From positions 2,526 to 66,525 of the forward strand of contig JBFYWB010000054.1 in assembly GCA_041299015.1 (NCBI GenBank): 64,000 nucleotides of DNA, read 5' to 3'. The position numbers and the translations under genes were made by a program. Origin of the DNA: Deltaproteobacteria bacterium (GTDB taxonomy: Bacteria > Desulfobacterota > Desulfobacteria > Desulfobacterales > SG8-13). Positions 8,696-18,514 of this stretch are shown piece after piece (position 1 is the first letter of the stretch; each line of letters begins with the position of its first letter). Below the pieces are notes generated by a model. That model saw nothing but the letters and a program-made list of their open reading frames with translations, made no database searches and was not told where the DNA came from.

Positions 8696-9271
8696 TCAAT
8701 AGTTTTCGGCCAGCAGTTCAAAATAAGCCCGCGGATGGTCGCAGGAGGGGCAGATCTCCGGTGCCTCGGCGGCCTCGATCACGCGACCGCAGTTGCGGCA
8801 CTTCCATAAAGCGGTCTGGGGCCTATTGAAGACGGTGGCCGCCTGGACGGCTTCAATCAACTTGTTGTAACGGCGTTCGTGCCACTTTTCGACCTCCCCG
8901 ATCTCTGTGAAGGCCCGTGCCGCGTCCTTAAACCCCTCCTGTTCGGCCACATCGGCAAATCCCGTGTACAGGGTCGTCCACTCCATGCGTTCTCCGGCGG
9001 CGGCGGCCTTTAATTGCGCGAGGGTACCGCCGATCACACCGGCCGGGTAGCTTGCCGTGATGGTGGCCTCGCCGCCCTGCAGTTGACGAAAAAAAACCTT
9101 GGCATGTTCAAGTTCATTGTCGGCGGTTTCCATGAAAATGGCACTGATTTGTTCGAAGCCCTCTTTCTTGGCAATTTTTGCCGCCATGGCGTAGCGATTG
9201 CGCGCTTGGGACTCGCCGGCGAATGCCGCCAGCAAATTGTGTTCGGTTTTTGATCCTTTCAAAGATGCCAC
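8696..9271 (-). CDS. rbr: Rubrerythrin
   Basis: 191 aa. The ferritin-like diiron part has TEHNLLAAFAGESQARNRY and ELEHAKVFF. The C-terminal rubredoxin-like part has CRNCG ... CPSCDHPRAYF. GTG start with AGGAGG upstream. Confidence 0.95.
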   Translation of the reverse strand: MASLKGSKTEHNLLAAFAGESQARNRYAMAAKIAKKEGFEQISAIFMETADNELEHAKVFFRQLQGGEATITASYPAGVIGGTLAQLKAAAAGERMEWTTLYTGFADVAEQEGFKDAARAFTEIGEVEKWHERRYNKLIEAVQAATVFNRPQTALWKCRNCGRVIEAAEAPEICPSCDHPRAYFELLAENY

Positions 9272-9358
9272 CTTAGCCTCCTTTCGTTTCCGGCCTTTTT
9301 AAAGAAATGATAGCCCGATAATGACGGTTGCAATGGAATGTCGTTTGAATTTTTGGGG

Positions 9359-9387
9359 ATCTTAGGCAATTGAACCTTTGATGTCAA
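9359..9387 (-). promoter_or_regulatory. Putative sigma-70 promoter of rbr, with an overlapping palindrome
   Basis: Minus strand reads TTGACAtcaaaggttcaattgccTAAGAT (17-nt spacer). The inverted repeat AACCTT-N7-AAGGTT (9373-9391) overlaps the -35. Confidence 0.4.
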
Positions 9388-9515
9388 GGTTTAGCGATGG
9401 CACCGGTCCGTTTCTGGCGCTAAAGAATCCTGCCGAAATGTCGGCAAGATTTGGGTTCATGGCCATTTACGGCATGAGGCCGCGCATCTTTGGCGTTGGA
9501 TTGTCATAGGTGTCA

Positions 9516-9944
9516 TCATCGGGTGCAGCTGCCTTTGTTTTGAAGCCAGCGGATGGCTTCCACCGCTTCTGACCGGTCGAAATAGCCGATATCGATCCCT
9601 GCGAAGAGACCAAACAAACCGACGCTGGTTCTTTCCCAGGCCTTGCTGCCGATGATGGCGACCCGTTCGATGTGTTCGCCGTGCAATCGGAGGAAGTGAA
9701 GGCTTTCGAAGAGAATTTCCGGACTGCGCGCCGGCATTCGTGTATCAATGGACAACAACAGCCGGATTCTGCCCCCGGCAGCGGCAATGCTTTCCTGTAA
9801 CTGACGGCTCAGGTCGCGGGTCTGACGGTCGAGCATGCGGTCGAAGAGCTTGACCGTGACGATATCACCGAGCCGTTGAATCGGATTTTTTCCCACATCG
9901 ATTTTCCTGCACCACTCAACACACTGTTTTGTTAAAATAGCCAC
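9516..9944 (-). CDS. STAS/SpoIIAA-like (DUF3478-type) protein
   Basis: 142 aa. The pattern IRLLLSIDT ... HFLRLHGEHIERVAIIGSKAW ... YFDRSEAVEAIRWL is typical of SpoIIAA-like STAS proteins. The start is uncertain. Confidence 0.55.
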   Translation of the reverse strand: MAILTKQCVEWCRKIDVGKNPIQRLGDIVTVKLFDRMLDRQTRDLSRQLQESIAAAGGRIRLLLSIDTRMPARSPEILFESLHFLRLHGEHIERVAIIGSKAWERTSVGLFGLFAGIDIGYFDRSEAVEAIRWLQNKGSCTR

Positions 9945-9999
9945 GGGTTATCGTCAAATCGGTCTGCGAAGCGGTGCCTGTTGTAAGGGCGTTCGCCGC

Positions 10000-11184
10000 T
10001 CAGTGCCGTGGTCCGAGCACCTTGAGAAGATGCCGTCCTGCATTGCGGGCACCAATGATGTTGCGGGCGCAAGGCCCGAGCTGAAGTTCGGCCAAAGGGC
10101 CGGTAACGAAGATGTTCGCGGACCAGCGTAAATCTTCTCCGATGATCGGATAGCCGCAGGGCCCGCATTTTAATCCGAACTCTTTGCCAACCTGGTCGAT
10201 AAAATTTCCGCCCGGCCGCTTGGAATGAAAGCCGGTCGCCAGAACAACGGCATCGGCCCGAACCGTTCCGCCATCTGTATCCAGGCGAATGCGATGACCC
10301 TCCCGCTGCGCGCTGCGGATGCGGGCCTTTTGGAAGCGCAGGCGCATCGCGGCGAGGGCGCTACGGAACTCTTGGATAACCTCAGCAGGCAAGCTGCCGA
10401 TGACGCGCGACCTGTCGACGGTTTCTCGCCGGGTGCCGAAATCCTGCCGGTAAAATTCACGCAGGCATTTCGGGCCGATCCAACAAGGATCGAAATCGTA
10501 CTGACTTTCGCGCAGGTCGTGCCGGGAAACGAGCCGAACAGTGCCGTCCAGCCTTTTGGAGAGCATCAGCGCCGTCTGCACGGCGGATAGTCCACCGCCG
10601 ACAACGACCACGCTTTTAAAGGCATCAGGGATATCGGACGACCGAAATTCCTGATCGAAGACGTGATCGATTCGCGCGCCGGCCTGTTTCAGGCGGCGTG
10701 CCCAGGAAGGCCAGCACGGTTGCTCGCCCAATCCGAGAGCCAGGATGACATTGCGGGTATCGATGCGACCAGCCGAGGTTTCAGCGGTTATTGACTGGCG
10801 GTTTTTATGCAGTGCCAAGGCACGGCCGGTGATCCGCAAATCTGACAGTCGGGAATTTCGGATGACATGTGCACAGTGCTTCTGAAACAGGGCCAGCGAA
10901 GGACGGTTGTATGGCGGTATGAAATGGGCCATCTGCCTTGAGGCTAAGGCCAAAGGCTTGGCAAACCGATACAAGGAAAGAACGGGAATATCAATATGGT
11001 GAGTTGCCGGCGAGCGCAGAAAGTGCATACCGCAATTGCGCGTGTTCCGGTTCCAGGTCGCCAGGGGAGTCTCGTAAGGATCGAGAACGCACACATTCTC
11101 CCGTTCTATACCGCACTGCTGCACCAGCAGGTGAGAAAGGTATGTCCCTTGTATTCCGCCGCCGATAATCAACCATGCAACCAT
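10000..11184 (-). CDS. FAD/NAD(P)-binding oxidoreductase, in an operon with rubredoxin
   Basis: N-terminal Rossmann motif MVAWLIIGGGIQG and a second dinucleotide motif VVVVGGGLSAVQ. I prefer the ATG at 11184 over the track's TTG at 11220. Confidence 0.7.
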   Translation of the reverse strand: MVAWLIIGGGIQGTYLSHLLVQQCGIERENVCVLDPYETPLATWNRNTRNCGMHFLRSPATHHIDIPVLSLYRFAKPLALASRQMAHFIPPYNRPSLALFQKHCAHVIRNSRLSDLRITGRALALHKNRQSITAETSAGRIDTRNVILALGLGEQPCWPSWARRLKQAGARIDHVFDQEFRSSDIPDAFKSVVVVGGGLSAVQTALMLSKRLDGTVRLVSRHDLRESQYDFDPCWIGPKCLREFYRQDFGTRRETVDRSRVIGSLPAEVIQEFRSALAAMRLRFQKARIRSAQREGHRIRLDTDGGTVRADAVVLATGFHSKRPGGNFIDQVGKEFGLKCGPCGYPIIGEDLRWSANIFVTGPLAELQLGPCARNIIGARNAGRHLLKVLGPRH

Positions 11185-11216
11185 GGCAACGTCTCTGTCA
11201 GGGAGGGCATGTGAAC

Positions 11217-11375
11217 TCAATCGAGTTTTTCAAAAAACTCCTTTTCGGCCCCGCATTTTGGGCAAACCCAGTGCTCGGGTAGATCTTCGAACGCTGTTCC
11301 GACTTGGATACCACTCTCAAAATCACCTTCCTCCGGATCGTAAATGTAGCCACAGGGACATTCCCACTTGTCCAT
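11217..11375 (-). CDS. rub: Rubredoxin (52 aa; below the ORF-track size cut-off)
   Basis: Reverse translation gives [52 protein letters not shown]. It has the CxxCG ... CPxCG pairs and AGGAGG 6 nt upstream. Its stop overlaps the downstream oxidoreductase ORF. Confidence 0.9.
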   Translation of the reverse strand: MDKWECPCGYIYDPEEGDFESGIQVGTAFEDLPEHWVCPKCGAEKEFFEKLD

Positions 11376-11896
11376 TTCAACCTCCTTGAGTCAAAACATG
11401 GGTCAGTAGCATTGCGCTCAACTTGTCGGGTAACACTGCTTTCCTGCCTTAGTACAGCGGCCGAAACATATTTGAAACACGGATAATTTGCGGCTCGACC
11501 GCTCATGTTTTACAAAAGCACAGGACATCGAATTGTATTAACCTAATTGATTGTCTATCCCTAAGCACAGAAATACATGGCGTCAAGACTTTTTATGCCG
11601 GCAGGGTGCGAAAGCGAAAACCGAATTTTTTGGGGGCCGGTTTCGCAACGTGCCGCTCTAAGCCTGTCTCGCCGCCGTCCTCGTCAGGTCATTTGGTTTG
11701 ATCGTAAAGGGGGTTGATTCGAAAAAAAGTGACATCGTGCAACGAAGACCGAATAGGAACGGTCATTTTACCGCACATAATCCGGGCGGGCGGTTCTGTT
11801 GCGCCGGCATAATGATGGACGCATCGGTTCGCGGGATATCAAAACCAAATCATAGGCCGGCTTTTTTTCAGGAGAGCAGATGCTGCAGGGTAAATT

Positions 11897-12066
11897 TCAG
11901 CAGTGTCCCTTGATCAGGCACAGTTTCAGGAATTTTTTCTCTGCGGCCCGAAAGTCTTCCTCGGAGTAATGGTCGAGATTTTCTCGAATCCGAAACTTTT
12001 TTCTGTATCGGCTGATCAATTGTTTTGTGCCACTTTTTTCGCTGCGATCCATCCATTTTGATTCCA
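11897..12066 (-). CDS. Small hypothetical protein (56 aa)
   Basis: MESKWMDRSEKSGTKQLISRYRKKFRIRENLDHYSEEDFRAAEKKFLKLCLIKGHC, with GAGAGGA 8 nt upstream. The longer 136-aa track ORF looks out of frame in its N-terminal half. Confidence 0.25.
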
Positions 12067-12446
12067 TGCTGTTTATCCTCTCAACCGGTTGACCAGGCAT
12101 TCGGTTGTGAAGCGTGGAAAGCGCTGAGAAATTGACCATTAAAACCGGGTCGGCTTGACGAGACGGACAATCAGGCAGCCGGAGAGTCGATTTTCCAGCC
12201 AGCGAACGGTGTTCCTGACAGAGCGCTTCAACTTGTTCATGTCGACCTCGATTTCGCGAGTTTTTAAAACGCTCAAAGCATGTTCCATGCCACTGTTGGT
12301 TTAACATAATTAATTAATAATATAATGAGGTTATGTTGACCTTAGTTTGCCGTGAGACAAACGATTATGAAGCCCGGACCACAGCAGTGTGAAAAGATAC
12401 TCATATGAGCAGGTGGCGACGTAACCTCCCGCTCGCAGTTATTTCT

Positions 12447-13808
12447 TCAGGGATTAAAAATTTTCAAAAAGAGGATGGCAATCTGGAAATAAAGGGTGAT
12501 ACCGACCGCATCGATGATGGTGGCAATAAAAGGACCGGCGGTCAGGGCCGGATCGAGCCTCATCCGCTTGAGCAGAAGCGGCATGAGTGCGCCGGCCAGG
12601 TTGGCCGTCAGCAGTGTGGCGAGCAGAGCCGTGGCCACGATGCAGCCGAGCATGATGTTGTTATCCTGCAGATAGACACGGAAATAGGCCATTAAACCGA
12701 GGGCAAAGCCGAGGGCCAGCCCCATGAGGAGTTCACGGTTGAAGACCCGCAGGGCGTCCCGCGGGCAAATTTCTCCCAAGGCCAATGCCCGAACCACCAT
12801 GGTGGCCGACTGCGTCCCGGCATTACCGCAAGTTCCGGTCACCAGCGGAATAAAAAACGCCAGGGCCACCATTTGGTGCAGAATGGCCGAATTCATTTCC
12901 ATGACAGTGGTCGAGAGCAAAGAGGTGAACAGCAGGATGGCCAGCCAGCAAAATCGGTTCCAGAACAAACGGATCAGCGGACGTTTGAAGTACTGCTCAT
13001 CGAAGGGGACAACGGCAGAAATACGCTGAAAGTCCTCGGTGCTCTCCGCTTCGATGATGTCGATGACATCGTCGACCGTAATGATGCCAAGCAGGCGGTC
13101 CTCACGGTCGACCACCGGCAGGGCCAGGAAATCGTATTTCGAGATGATGGCGGCGACAGCTTCAACCTTCATGTCGTGTTTGACAGAGATGACATTGCCT
13201 TGCATGAGGGTATTGAGCAAGGCATTGGGCTTGGACATGATCAGGTCACGCAGTGAAATCATGCCCTGAAGGTGACGGCTGTCATCGGTGATATAAATAT
13301 AGTAGATGGTTTCCTTGTTCGGTGCCTGCAGGCGCAGACGCTCCAAAGCGGTACTGACGGATATATGCCCCGGAAGAAAAGCGTATTCCGTCGTCATCGC
13401 AGCCCCGGCGGTTCCTTCGACGAACTGCCACAGGCGCCTGATTTCATTGCGTTCGGCCTGTGCGATCAGCGGCATGATTGCTTCACGGATATCGGTATCG
13501 ACTTTTTTCAACAAATCGACGCGGTCGTCCGGGTCCATATTTTCGATAAACCGCAGCATGGTTTGGGCGTTACCGGTTTCCAGGCAGGCCTGCTGCGTTT
13601 CGAGAGAGAGCTGCTCAAAGGCTTCCATCGCGATGTGATTACCGATTTGCAGCAGTATTTCAGTGATAACTTCGGGCTTGAGGGCGGCATTCTCCAGGTT
13701 TTCGGCAATATCGGAGGGGTGCAAACCGCGCAGGGCAACGATATCGCGGTGAGTTGCGCTAACGGGCGACGGTTCGTTGGTTAGTCCGGAACAAAGGGCA
13801 GAAGTCAT
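12447..13808 (-). CDS. mgtE: Magnesium transporter MgtE
   Basis: 453 aa. It has the MgtE N-domain, a CBS pair (DDSRHLQGMISLRDL, VVDREDRLLGIITVDDV) and a C-terminal 5-TM domain (GNAGTQSATMVVRAL, GPFIATIIDAVG). Confidence 0.95.
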   Translation of the reverse strand: MTSALCSGLTNEPSPVSATHRDIVALRGLHPSDIAENLENAALKPEVITEILLQIGNHIAMEAFEQLSLETQQACLETGNAQTMLRFIENMDPDDRVDLLKKVDTDIREAIMPLIAQAERNEIRRLWQFVEGTAGAAMTTEYAFLPGHISVSTALERLRLQAPNKETIYYIYITDDSRHLQGMISLRDLIMSKPNALLNTLMQGNVISVKHDMKVEAVAAIISKYDFLALPVVDREDRLLGIITVDDVIDIIEAESTEDFQRISAVVPFDEQYFKRPLIRLFWNRFCWLAILLFTSLLSTTVMEMNSAILHQMVALAFFIPLVTGTCGNAGTQSATMVVRALALGEICPRDALRVFNRELLMGLALGFALGLMAYFRVYLQDNNIMLGCIVATALLATLLTANLAGALMPLLLKRMRLDPALTAGPFIATIIDAVGITLYFQIAILFLKIFNP

Positions 13809-13815
13809 CGCACCT

Positions 13816-13855
13816 CCTTCACGTCTTGGCCCTCATACGGACCAAGACGTGAAGG
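13816..13855 (-). promoter_or_regulatory. 14-bp perfect hairpin that partly occludes the mgtE Shine-Dalgarno sequence
   Basis: Minus-strand RNA CCUUCACGUCUUGG-UCCGUAUGAGGG-CCAAGACGUGAAGG AGGUGCG AUG. The 3' arm contains the first 4 nt of the SD AAGGAGGUG. It sits within a 420-nt gene-free leader (13809-14231). Confidence 0.5.
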
Positions 13856-14231
13856 GGCGAAGGCGCGCGTCAGCGCGGCGGGGAAGGTGGTGAAGGGGTC
13901 TTCGCGTCTTGAAACCGGTTGATGGGCATCCGGGATATTACAGTATTTCGGTCGGTGTGCTGGCGTTGGTGGTCGGTAGTACCGCCAGGCTCCTTGTCGT
14001 TCATAAGTGGTGCCTGTTCTCGATCAGTGTAGAGATTTAGGGGCAGCGAATCACGGCGCATTCATTTCTCGCTCTGCAAATTCACTTCCCACAATCGGGA
14101 CCATCAGGACGATTGATAACAAATCTTTTTGACGTTAATTAATGTGCTGCCATATTTCAAGCACTATTTTGAATCCCTTCACTTATGGGGTTATTGGGGA
14201 GACCCAAGTGCGGATAATCCGGCGTCATGGG

Positions 14232-16562
14232 TTACACCAAACCGGTAAACTCAAATTCCAACTTGGTCTGAAATTTTTCGATCCGTTTGAAAATTTCTTT
14301 CAGCATTTTTTGTTCGATGTTGGTCAGTTTTTTCGGATTGATATAGTTATTGGGCGCGGTTTTTTCGTCGATGACCGCGGTGACCTGCCGGACGAAACGC
14401 AACTGCATCAAAAAACCATAGGCCTTTTCGAGCTCATCGTACTCCGGCGCCGTGATCACCTTCTTGAGCTGCAAGTGACTCAGGCGCTCCAGCGTGTTGG
14501 TCTGTTCGATTTTGTGCTTTAGGGCGTATATGCGGACGAAGTCCACGATGGGTGTCATTGCACTTTTTATGTCCAAGGCGCTGCGGTGTTTGCCCTTGGA
14601 TTCGACCACAAAGTTTCGAAAAAAGCCGATGGGCGGTTTGAAATGCAGGGCGTTTTCGGTCAGGTGGCGAAAAAAACCGGACCAGCCTTCGAGAGAATCG
14701 AAAAGGTGTTGGCGCAGGGCATTAATCAAGAAAGGCTCTCCGAAACCGTGGCGGAAGTCAAAAAAGATGCTGGCCTGGAGTAAATCTTCCGGTTCGGCGG
14801 CGTGAATCCAGGCTGAAAAATAGGCCTTCCAAGTCGACAGAGGCTGACACCACTTGGGATTTTTTGCCATTACCCCGCCGGTACAGAATTCGAACCCGGC
14901 TTGGTCGAGCAGCGTGCAGGCTTTTTCACCGAATTTCAGAAAGTATTCTCTTGTGGCGGGGTCGTCTTTCGGGTCGACGTCTTCGTAGACAATGGCATTG
15001 TCCTGATCGGTTTTAAGGGTTTGCTCATGCCGGCCCTCACTTCCCATGATCATGAACACAAACCGTGCCGGCGGCTGTCCCAGTTCTTCCAGGGTAAAGG
15101 CCATGACCTTTTTGAGGATGGCATCGGACACCGCGGTGATGAAACGCGTGAGGTTCTGGGCCTTTGCGCCGCTGGTGATCAAACTGCGCAGCAGCTGCGG
15201 CATTCGTCGATTGCGGTCGATAATTTGCGCCATGCTGCCGGCTTCGGAGATTTCGCGTAGCAGAAACAACGGTGACTGGCCTTGAGCCGAAAGAAGATCG
15301 CGGCTCGATAGGATTCCAACGACGTTTTCCGTAGCATCCATGACGGCAAGGTGGCGGATGTCATCTTTCATCATCGACATGAGGGCTTCGAAAATCAAGG
15401 CCTGATCCGCGATCGTTCGAACCGGCGACGACATGATTTCCAACACCGGTCGCTTGATGTTCAGACCGGCCGCGATCACCTTCAACGCGAGATCTTTTTC
15501 GGTTACGACCCCCACGCATTTGTCGGCCGCGGTCTTCAGAAAGATCGAGCTGATCTTTTCCCGGCTCATTAATTGCGCGGCTTCCTGGATGGTCATGTCG
15601 ATACTGCCGAAAACCGGCCGCCGAGTGTAAAGGCTGGCCACCGGTTGGTTGAAAAACTGGAGGCCCTCTTCCTGTGACTGGATGGTTTTGGCGATGATGG
15701 CCGCATAGGATTTTTCCAGCATGCGGCGGCCGAAAATGTCCGTGAAGTATTCCGTGAATGTTTCGAAGCGGTTGCAGACGTCCAGAAACGATTGTTTGGG
15801 CAAAAGGTAAAAAAAAGATTTTTCAGTCACCCGCATCGTGCGCACTGAAATGCCATCGTTTAGCAGAATCGAAATGCCGCCGTAGATGTCGCCTTCTGCG
15901 AGTACCTCAACCATCTTCTTTCTGTTTTGTTCCTCGTAATACCATTCGGCGGAACCTCTCTGAAGAATATACAAGTATCCGATGCGCGTTCGACCTTGCA
16001 CAAACAAAATCGTGTCTTTGGGGTAATGAACCATGGTCAAATCCGCCACGATCTTCTCGATTTCCTCGGATGGCAAAAAGGAGAACGGAACCAGTTGCGA
16101 CAAAAAGAGTTTGGCTTGGCCGAATTCGATGATGGAGGCCAGCGACGTATCGAATATGTTCCTGCTGAAATTTTCCAGAAAATATTCGTAAAATGATTTG
16201 TACCGTGTGCATAGGTCCAGGAAAATTTCCTCGGAAACTCTGTATCCGGTGCAGTCTTCCTCGACAATGGCAGTCCTCAGGGAAATTCCAGCATTGAGCA
16301 GGATCGTAATACCGCCGAACACCTCACCCGGTTTGATGAATCCGGTCGGTTTTTCGGCGCCTTTTTTCTCGTCGAAAAGTGCCAGCGCGCCCCTTTTTAC
16401 AATAAAGATGCTGTCGATCTTCGACTGACCCTGAACGGCGTATGCCGTTCCCTTGGGATAGCTTTCCTCGGTAGCGGTTTCCGCTATTTTCTGGCGTTCT
16501 TCCCTGGGCAGGAAAGAAAAATGGGGCATGCCCGATAGGTATTGGTAAATCCGTTTGTCCAT
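14232..16562 (-). CDS. Signal-transduction protein: 2x cNMP-binding, a CBS pair, and a DUF294 putative nucleotidyltransferase with its C-terminal substrate-binding domain
   Basis: 776 aa. Two cNMP-binding regions (IVKRGALALFDE ... GEVFGG and ILQRGSAEWYYE ... GDIYGG). CBS regions (KCVGVVTEKDL, NVVGILSSRDL). A DUF294-like region (FMIMGSEGRHEQTLKTDQDNAIVYED). Confidence 0.85.
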   Translation of the reverse strand: MDKRIYQYLSGMPHFSFLPREERQKIAETATEESYPKGTAYAVQGQSKIDSIFIVKRGALALFDEKKGAEKPTGFIKPGEVFGGITILLNAGISLRTAIVEEDCTGYRVSEEIFLDLCTRYKSFYEYFLENFSRNIFDTSLASIIEFGQAKLFLSQLVPFSFLPSEEIEKIVADLTMVHYPKDTILFVQGRTRIGYLYILQRGSAEWYYEEQNRKKMVEVLAEGDIYGGISILLNDGISVRTMRVTEKSFFYLLPKQSFLDVCNRFETFTEYFTDIFGRRMLEKSYAAIIAKTIQSQEEGLQFFNQPVASLYTRRPVFGSIDMTIQEAAQLMSREKISSIFLKTAADKCVGVVTEKDLALKVIAAGLNIKRPVLEIMSSPVRTIADQALIFEALMSMMKDDIRHLAVMDATENVVGILSSRDLLSAQGQSPLFLLREISEAGSMAQIIDRNRRMPQLLRSLITSGAKAQNLTRFITAVSDAILKKVMAFTLEELGQPPARFVFMIMGSEGRHEQTLKTDQDNAIVYEDVDPKDDPATREYFLKFGEKACTLLDQAGFEFCTGGVMAKNPKWCQPLSTWKAYFSAWIHAAEPEDLLQASIFFDFRHGFGEPFLINALRQHLFDSLEGWSGFFRHLTENALHFKPPIGFFRNFVVESKGKHRSALDIKSAMTPIVDFVRIYALKHKIEQTNTLERLSHLQLKKVITAPEYDELEKAYGFLMQLRFVRQVTAVIDEKTAPNNYINPKKLTNIEQKMLKEIFKRIEKFQTKLEFEFTGLV

Positions 16563-16894
16563 TCAAATTCCTCGGCTATGAAAAAAGGTGGAAACCGCAC
16601 CGGGTCATTATAAACAAAAATCGCTTGAACATTCAATGCGGAACCGCAACCGCGGAAAGCCGGCGTGGGGCGGCGTTATTTGAGGGACGGACCGTTACTT
16701 GAGGCACAAACGTGACGATCGGGCATTTTTGACGGTGGTTCCGCTCCGCTAGATGAAACACCATGTCGTCCATAGGTATTGTTAACGTGCTCAAAAGTCG
16801 ATATAAAAGATGCTTGAAGGACGGCTTCATTTATGAGATTCTATTGGTCGTATAACATCTCAATTCCCGTAACCCTTTGAGGAAAGAATCGATC

Positions 16895-17557
16895 ATGATG
16901 CCGCTGATGAAAAGCCTCCTATTCTTCGGAATTTGCGCGCTGTTGTTTGCTGTTCCGGTTCATGCCACCACGATGTACGTGAACGATATCGTTGAGATTA
17001 CCCTTCGTACCGGCCAGAGTCTCGACCACAAGATACTGAGCTTCCTCCAGTCCGGTCAGCGGCTTGAGGTCCTTCAAACGAACGACCAGTGGGCCCACGT
17101 GCGGACGGCAAATGGGAAAGAAGGCTGGGTCTTGACCCGCTACCTGACTCCTGAACCGACCAGCAAGATCAAACTGGAAAGGTTGGAGGAAAAGCAAAAA
17201 AGCGTTTTGGAGCAAAATGCGGCCTTACTTCAGGAAAACCAACTGCTCAAGGGCGAGAACAAGAAGCTTTCCAACGCTCTTTCATCAACGGATAAAGGCT
17301 TGAGCCAGATCCGCACTGAGTACGACGCACTCAAATCAGAATCGAGCGAATTCCTGGCATTGAAGGCCAAATACGAACAAACAGCCACCCGTCTCGATCA
17401 GGAAACCCGCAAAGCCAGCCAGCTCGAAGAGCATGTGGCGAGGCTCGAGCGCAGCTATGCGATCAAATGGTTTCTGGCCGGCTCGGGAGTTCTCCTGTTC
17501 GGTTTTGTGGTCGGATTCAGCCTCAAGCGCCAACGGCGGCGCCCGTCACTGCTCTAA
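16895..17557 (+). CDS. SH3 domain protein of the YgiM/TIGR04211 type (signal, SH3b, coiled coil, C-terminal TM)
   Basis: MMPLMKSLLFFGICALLFAVPVHA is the signal. The SH3b-like part is LEVLQTNDQWAHVRTANGKEGWVLTRYL. A coiled coil and the terminal TM WFLAGSGVLLFGFVVGF follow. The ATG has GAGGAAAG upstream. Confidence 0.7.
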   Translation: MMPLMKSLLFFGICALLFAVPVHATTMYVNDIVEITLRTGQSLDHKILSFLQSGQRLEVLQTNDQWAHVRTANGKEGWVLTRYLTPEPTSKIKLERLEEKQKSVLEQNAALLQENQLLKGENKKLSNALSSTDKGLSQIRTEYDALKSESSEFLALKAKYEQTATRLDQETRKASQLEEHVARLERSYAIKWFLAGSGVLLFGFVVGFSLKRQRRRPSLL

Positions 17558-17718
17558 TTCTCCTGATGCAGGGCATTTAATTCTGACTCAGGCGTGCCCT
17601 TTGCGGCGCTGTTTTTGACCGATTATTTTGCGTAGACTTGGGATGGCGGCACCTTCAGGGTAACTTAAATTAATCGAGGCCCTTGAAGTTGGGGTTCACG
17701 CTGCGACGACCGGCGTCC

Positions 17719-17997
17719 TCATTCCTCGGCATCCTCGTCGCTTTCATCATACGGCGCGTAATCAAAAGTCTTCACATCGAATGTTTTCGTCCCGTTTGAA
17801 TCGACCGAGACCCTTCCGGTTGCTTGGATCTCCTCATCGATCATGTTCAGCAGCTTTTTCCCGGTGCGGTTCATTTCGACGATGTATTCGTCCTCATCGG
17901 TCGAAATTTTGACGCCGGTGTTGTCATCGTCGTCATCCAATGGATCTACGAAACCGATGAGGGTGATTTCTTCCCTGGAATCTTTTTCTCTTTTCAT
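17719..17997 (-). CDS. Small acidic hypothetical protein (92 aa)
   Basis: Clean ORF MKREKDSREEITLIGFVDPLDDDDDNTG ... DESDEDAEE, preceded by a sigma-54-type promoter. Confidence 0.5.
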   Translation of the reverse strand: MKREKDSREEITLIGFVDPLDDDDDNTGVKISTDEDEYIVEMNRTGKKLLNMIDEEIQATGRVSVDSNGTKTFDVKTFDYAPYDESDEDAEE

Positions 17998-18066
17998 CTT
18001 GTCTCCCTCTTGTTGATAATCTCGTCGGGTCGGTCAGCGCTGCACACACTGAGGCCTGATTTCAAA

Positions 18067-18082
18067 AGCAATTCTTGTGCCG
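18067..18082 (-). promoter_or_regulatory. Sigma-54 (-24/-12) promoter candidate
   Basis: Minus strand reads CGGCAC-AAGAA-TTGCT with correct GG/GC spacing, about 70 nt upstream of the ATG at 17997. Confidence 0.45.
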
Positions 18083-18498
18083 CTCTCGTAACATTTGGGA
18101 ATTGTATCGATCAAACCCAATGGGCGATGTGACAGATAGAACTTGTTGTTCCGGTCTGACGGCCGGTGCCTGTCGAACCGCAATTCGAGGAATCCGCTAT
18201 CTAATTACAAGTAATTGAAAATATAATTATTTATCAGAATATCGGCACCGTTTATCCGCCGTGGAAATATTGGGGACGGTTATCGGGCCCATGCGTGACA
18301 GGATGGGAACACAAAATTCCTTTAAAGAAAAAAAACGGAACCGTCAGTTCTTTACTCTGCCTCTCCCGATCTGAATCCGTAAGAACGGAAAGCGGTATCC
18401 GATCACGGTTGCACTGCCAAGTCGTCTGAAATCAAAGTCCGGCGCCTTTCACGCTCACCGGTTGGTTGCTGAGGCTTTCTTCTCGAATTTTAATTTTT

Positions 18499-18514
18499 TG
18501 GCATTAACCTTGCT
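18499..18514 (+). promoter_or_regulatory. Sigma-54 (-24/-12) promoter candidate for the kamA operon
   Basis: TGGCAT-TAACC-TTGCT, about 240 nt upstream of the kamA ATG. Confidence 0.5.

Noticed and set aside
11897-12307. The 136-aa track ORF taken as a single gene, and an alternative 49-aa ORF at 12139-12288(-) (MEHALSVLKTREIEVDMNKLKRSV ...)
   Set aside because: The N-terminal half of the 136-aa ORF is Arg-rich and looks like an off-frame read. Only the last 56 codons have an RBS. The 49-aa alternative frame looks protein-like but has no SD, so I left it uncalled.
13809-14231. M-box (ykoK) Mg2+ riboswitch upstream of mgtE
   Set aside because: I compared the minus-strand leader with the conserved M-box strings (GUUAGGUGAGGCU, AGACGCC ... 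GGGUCAACAG, GUGCUAAAGCUC). Only scattered partial matches appear, and they are in the wrong order. I report the region only as an unclassified structured leader.
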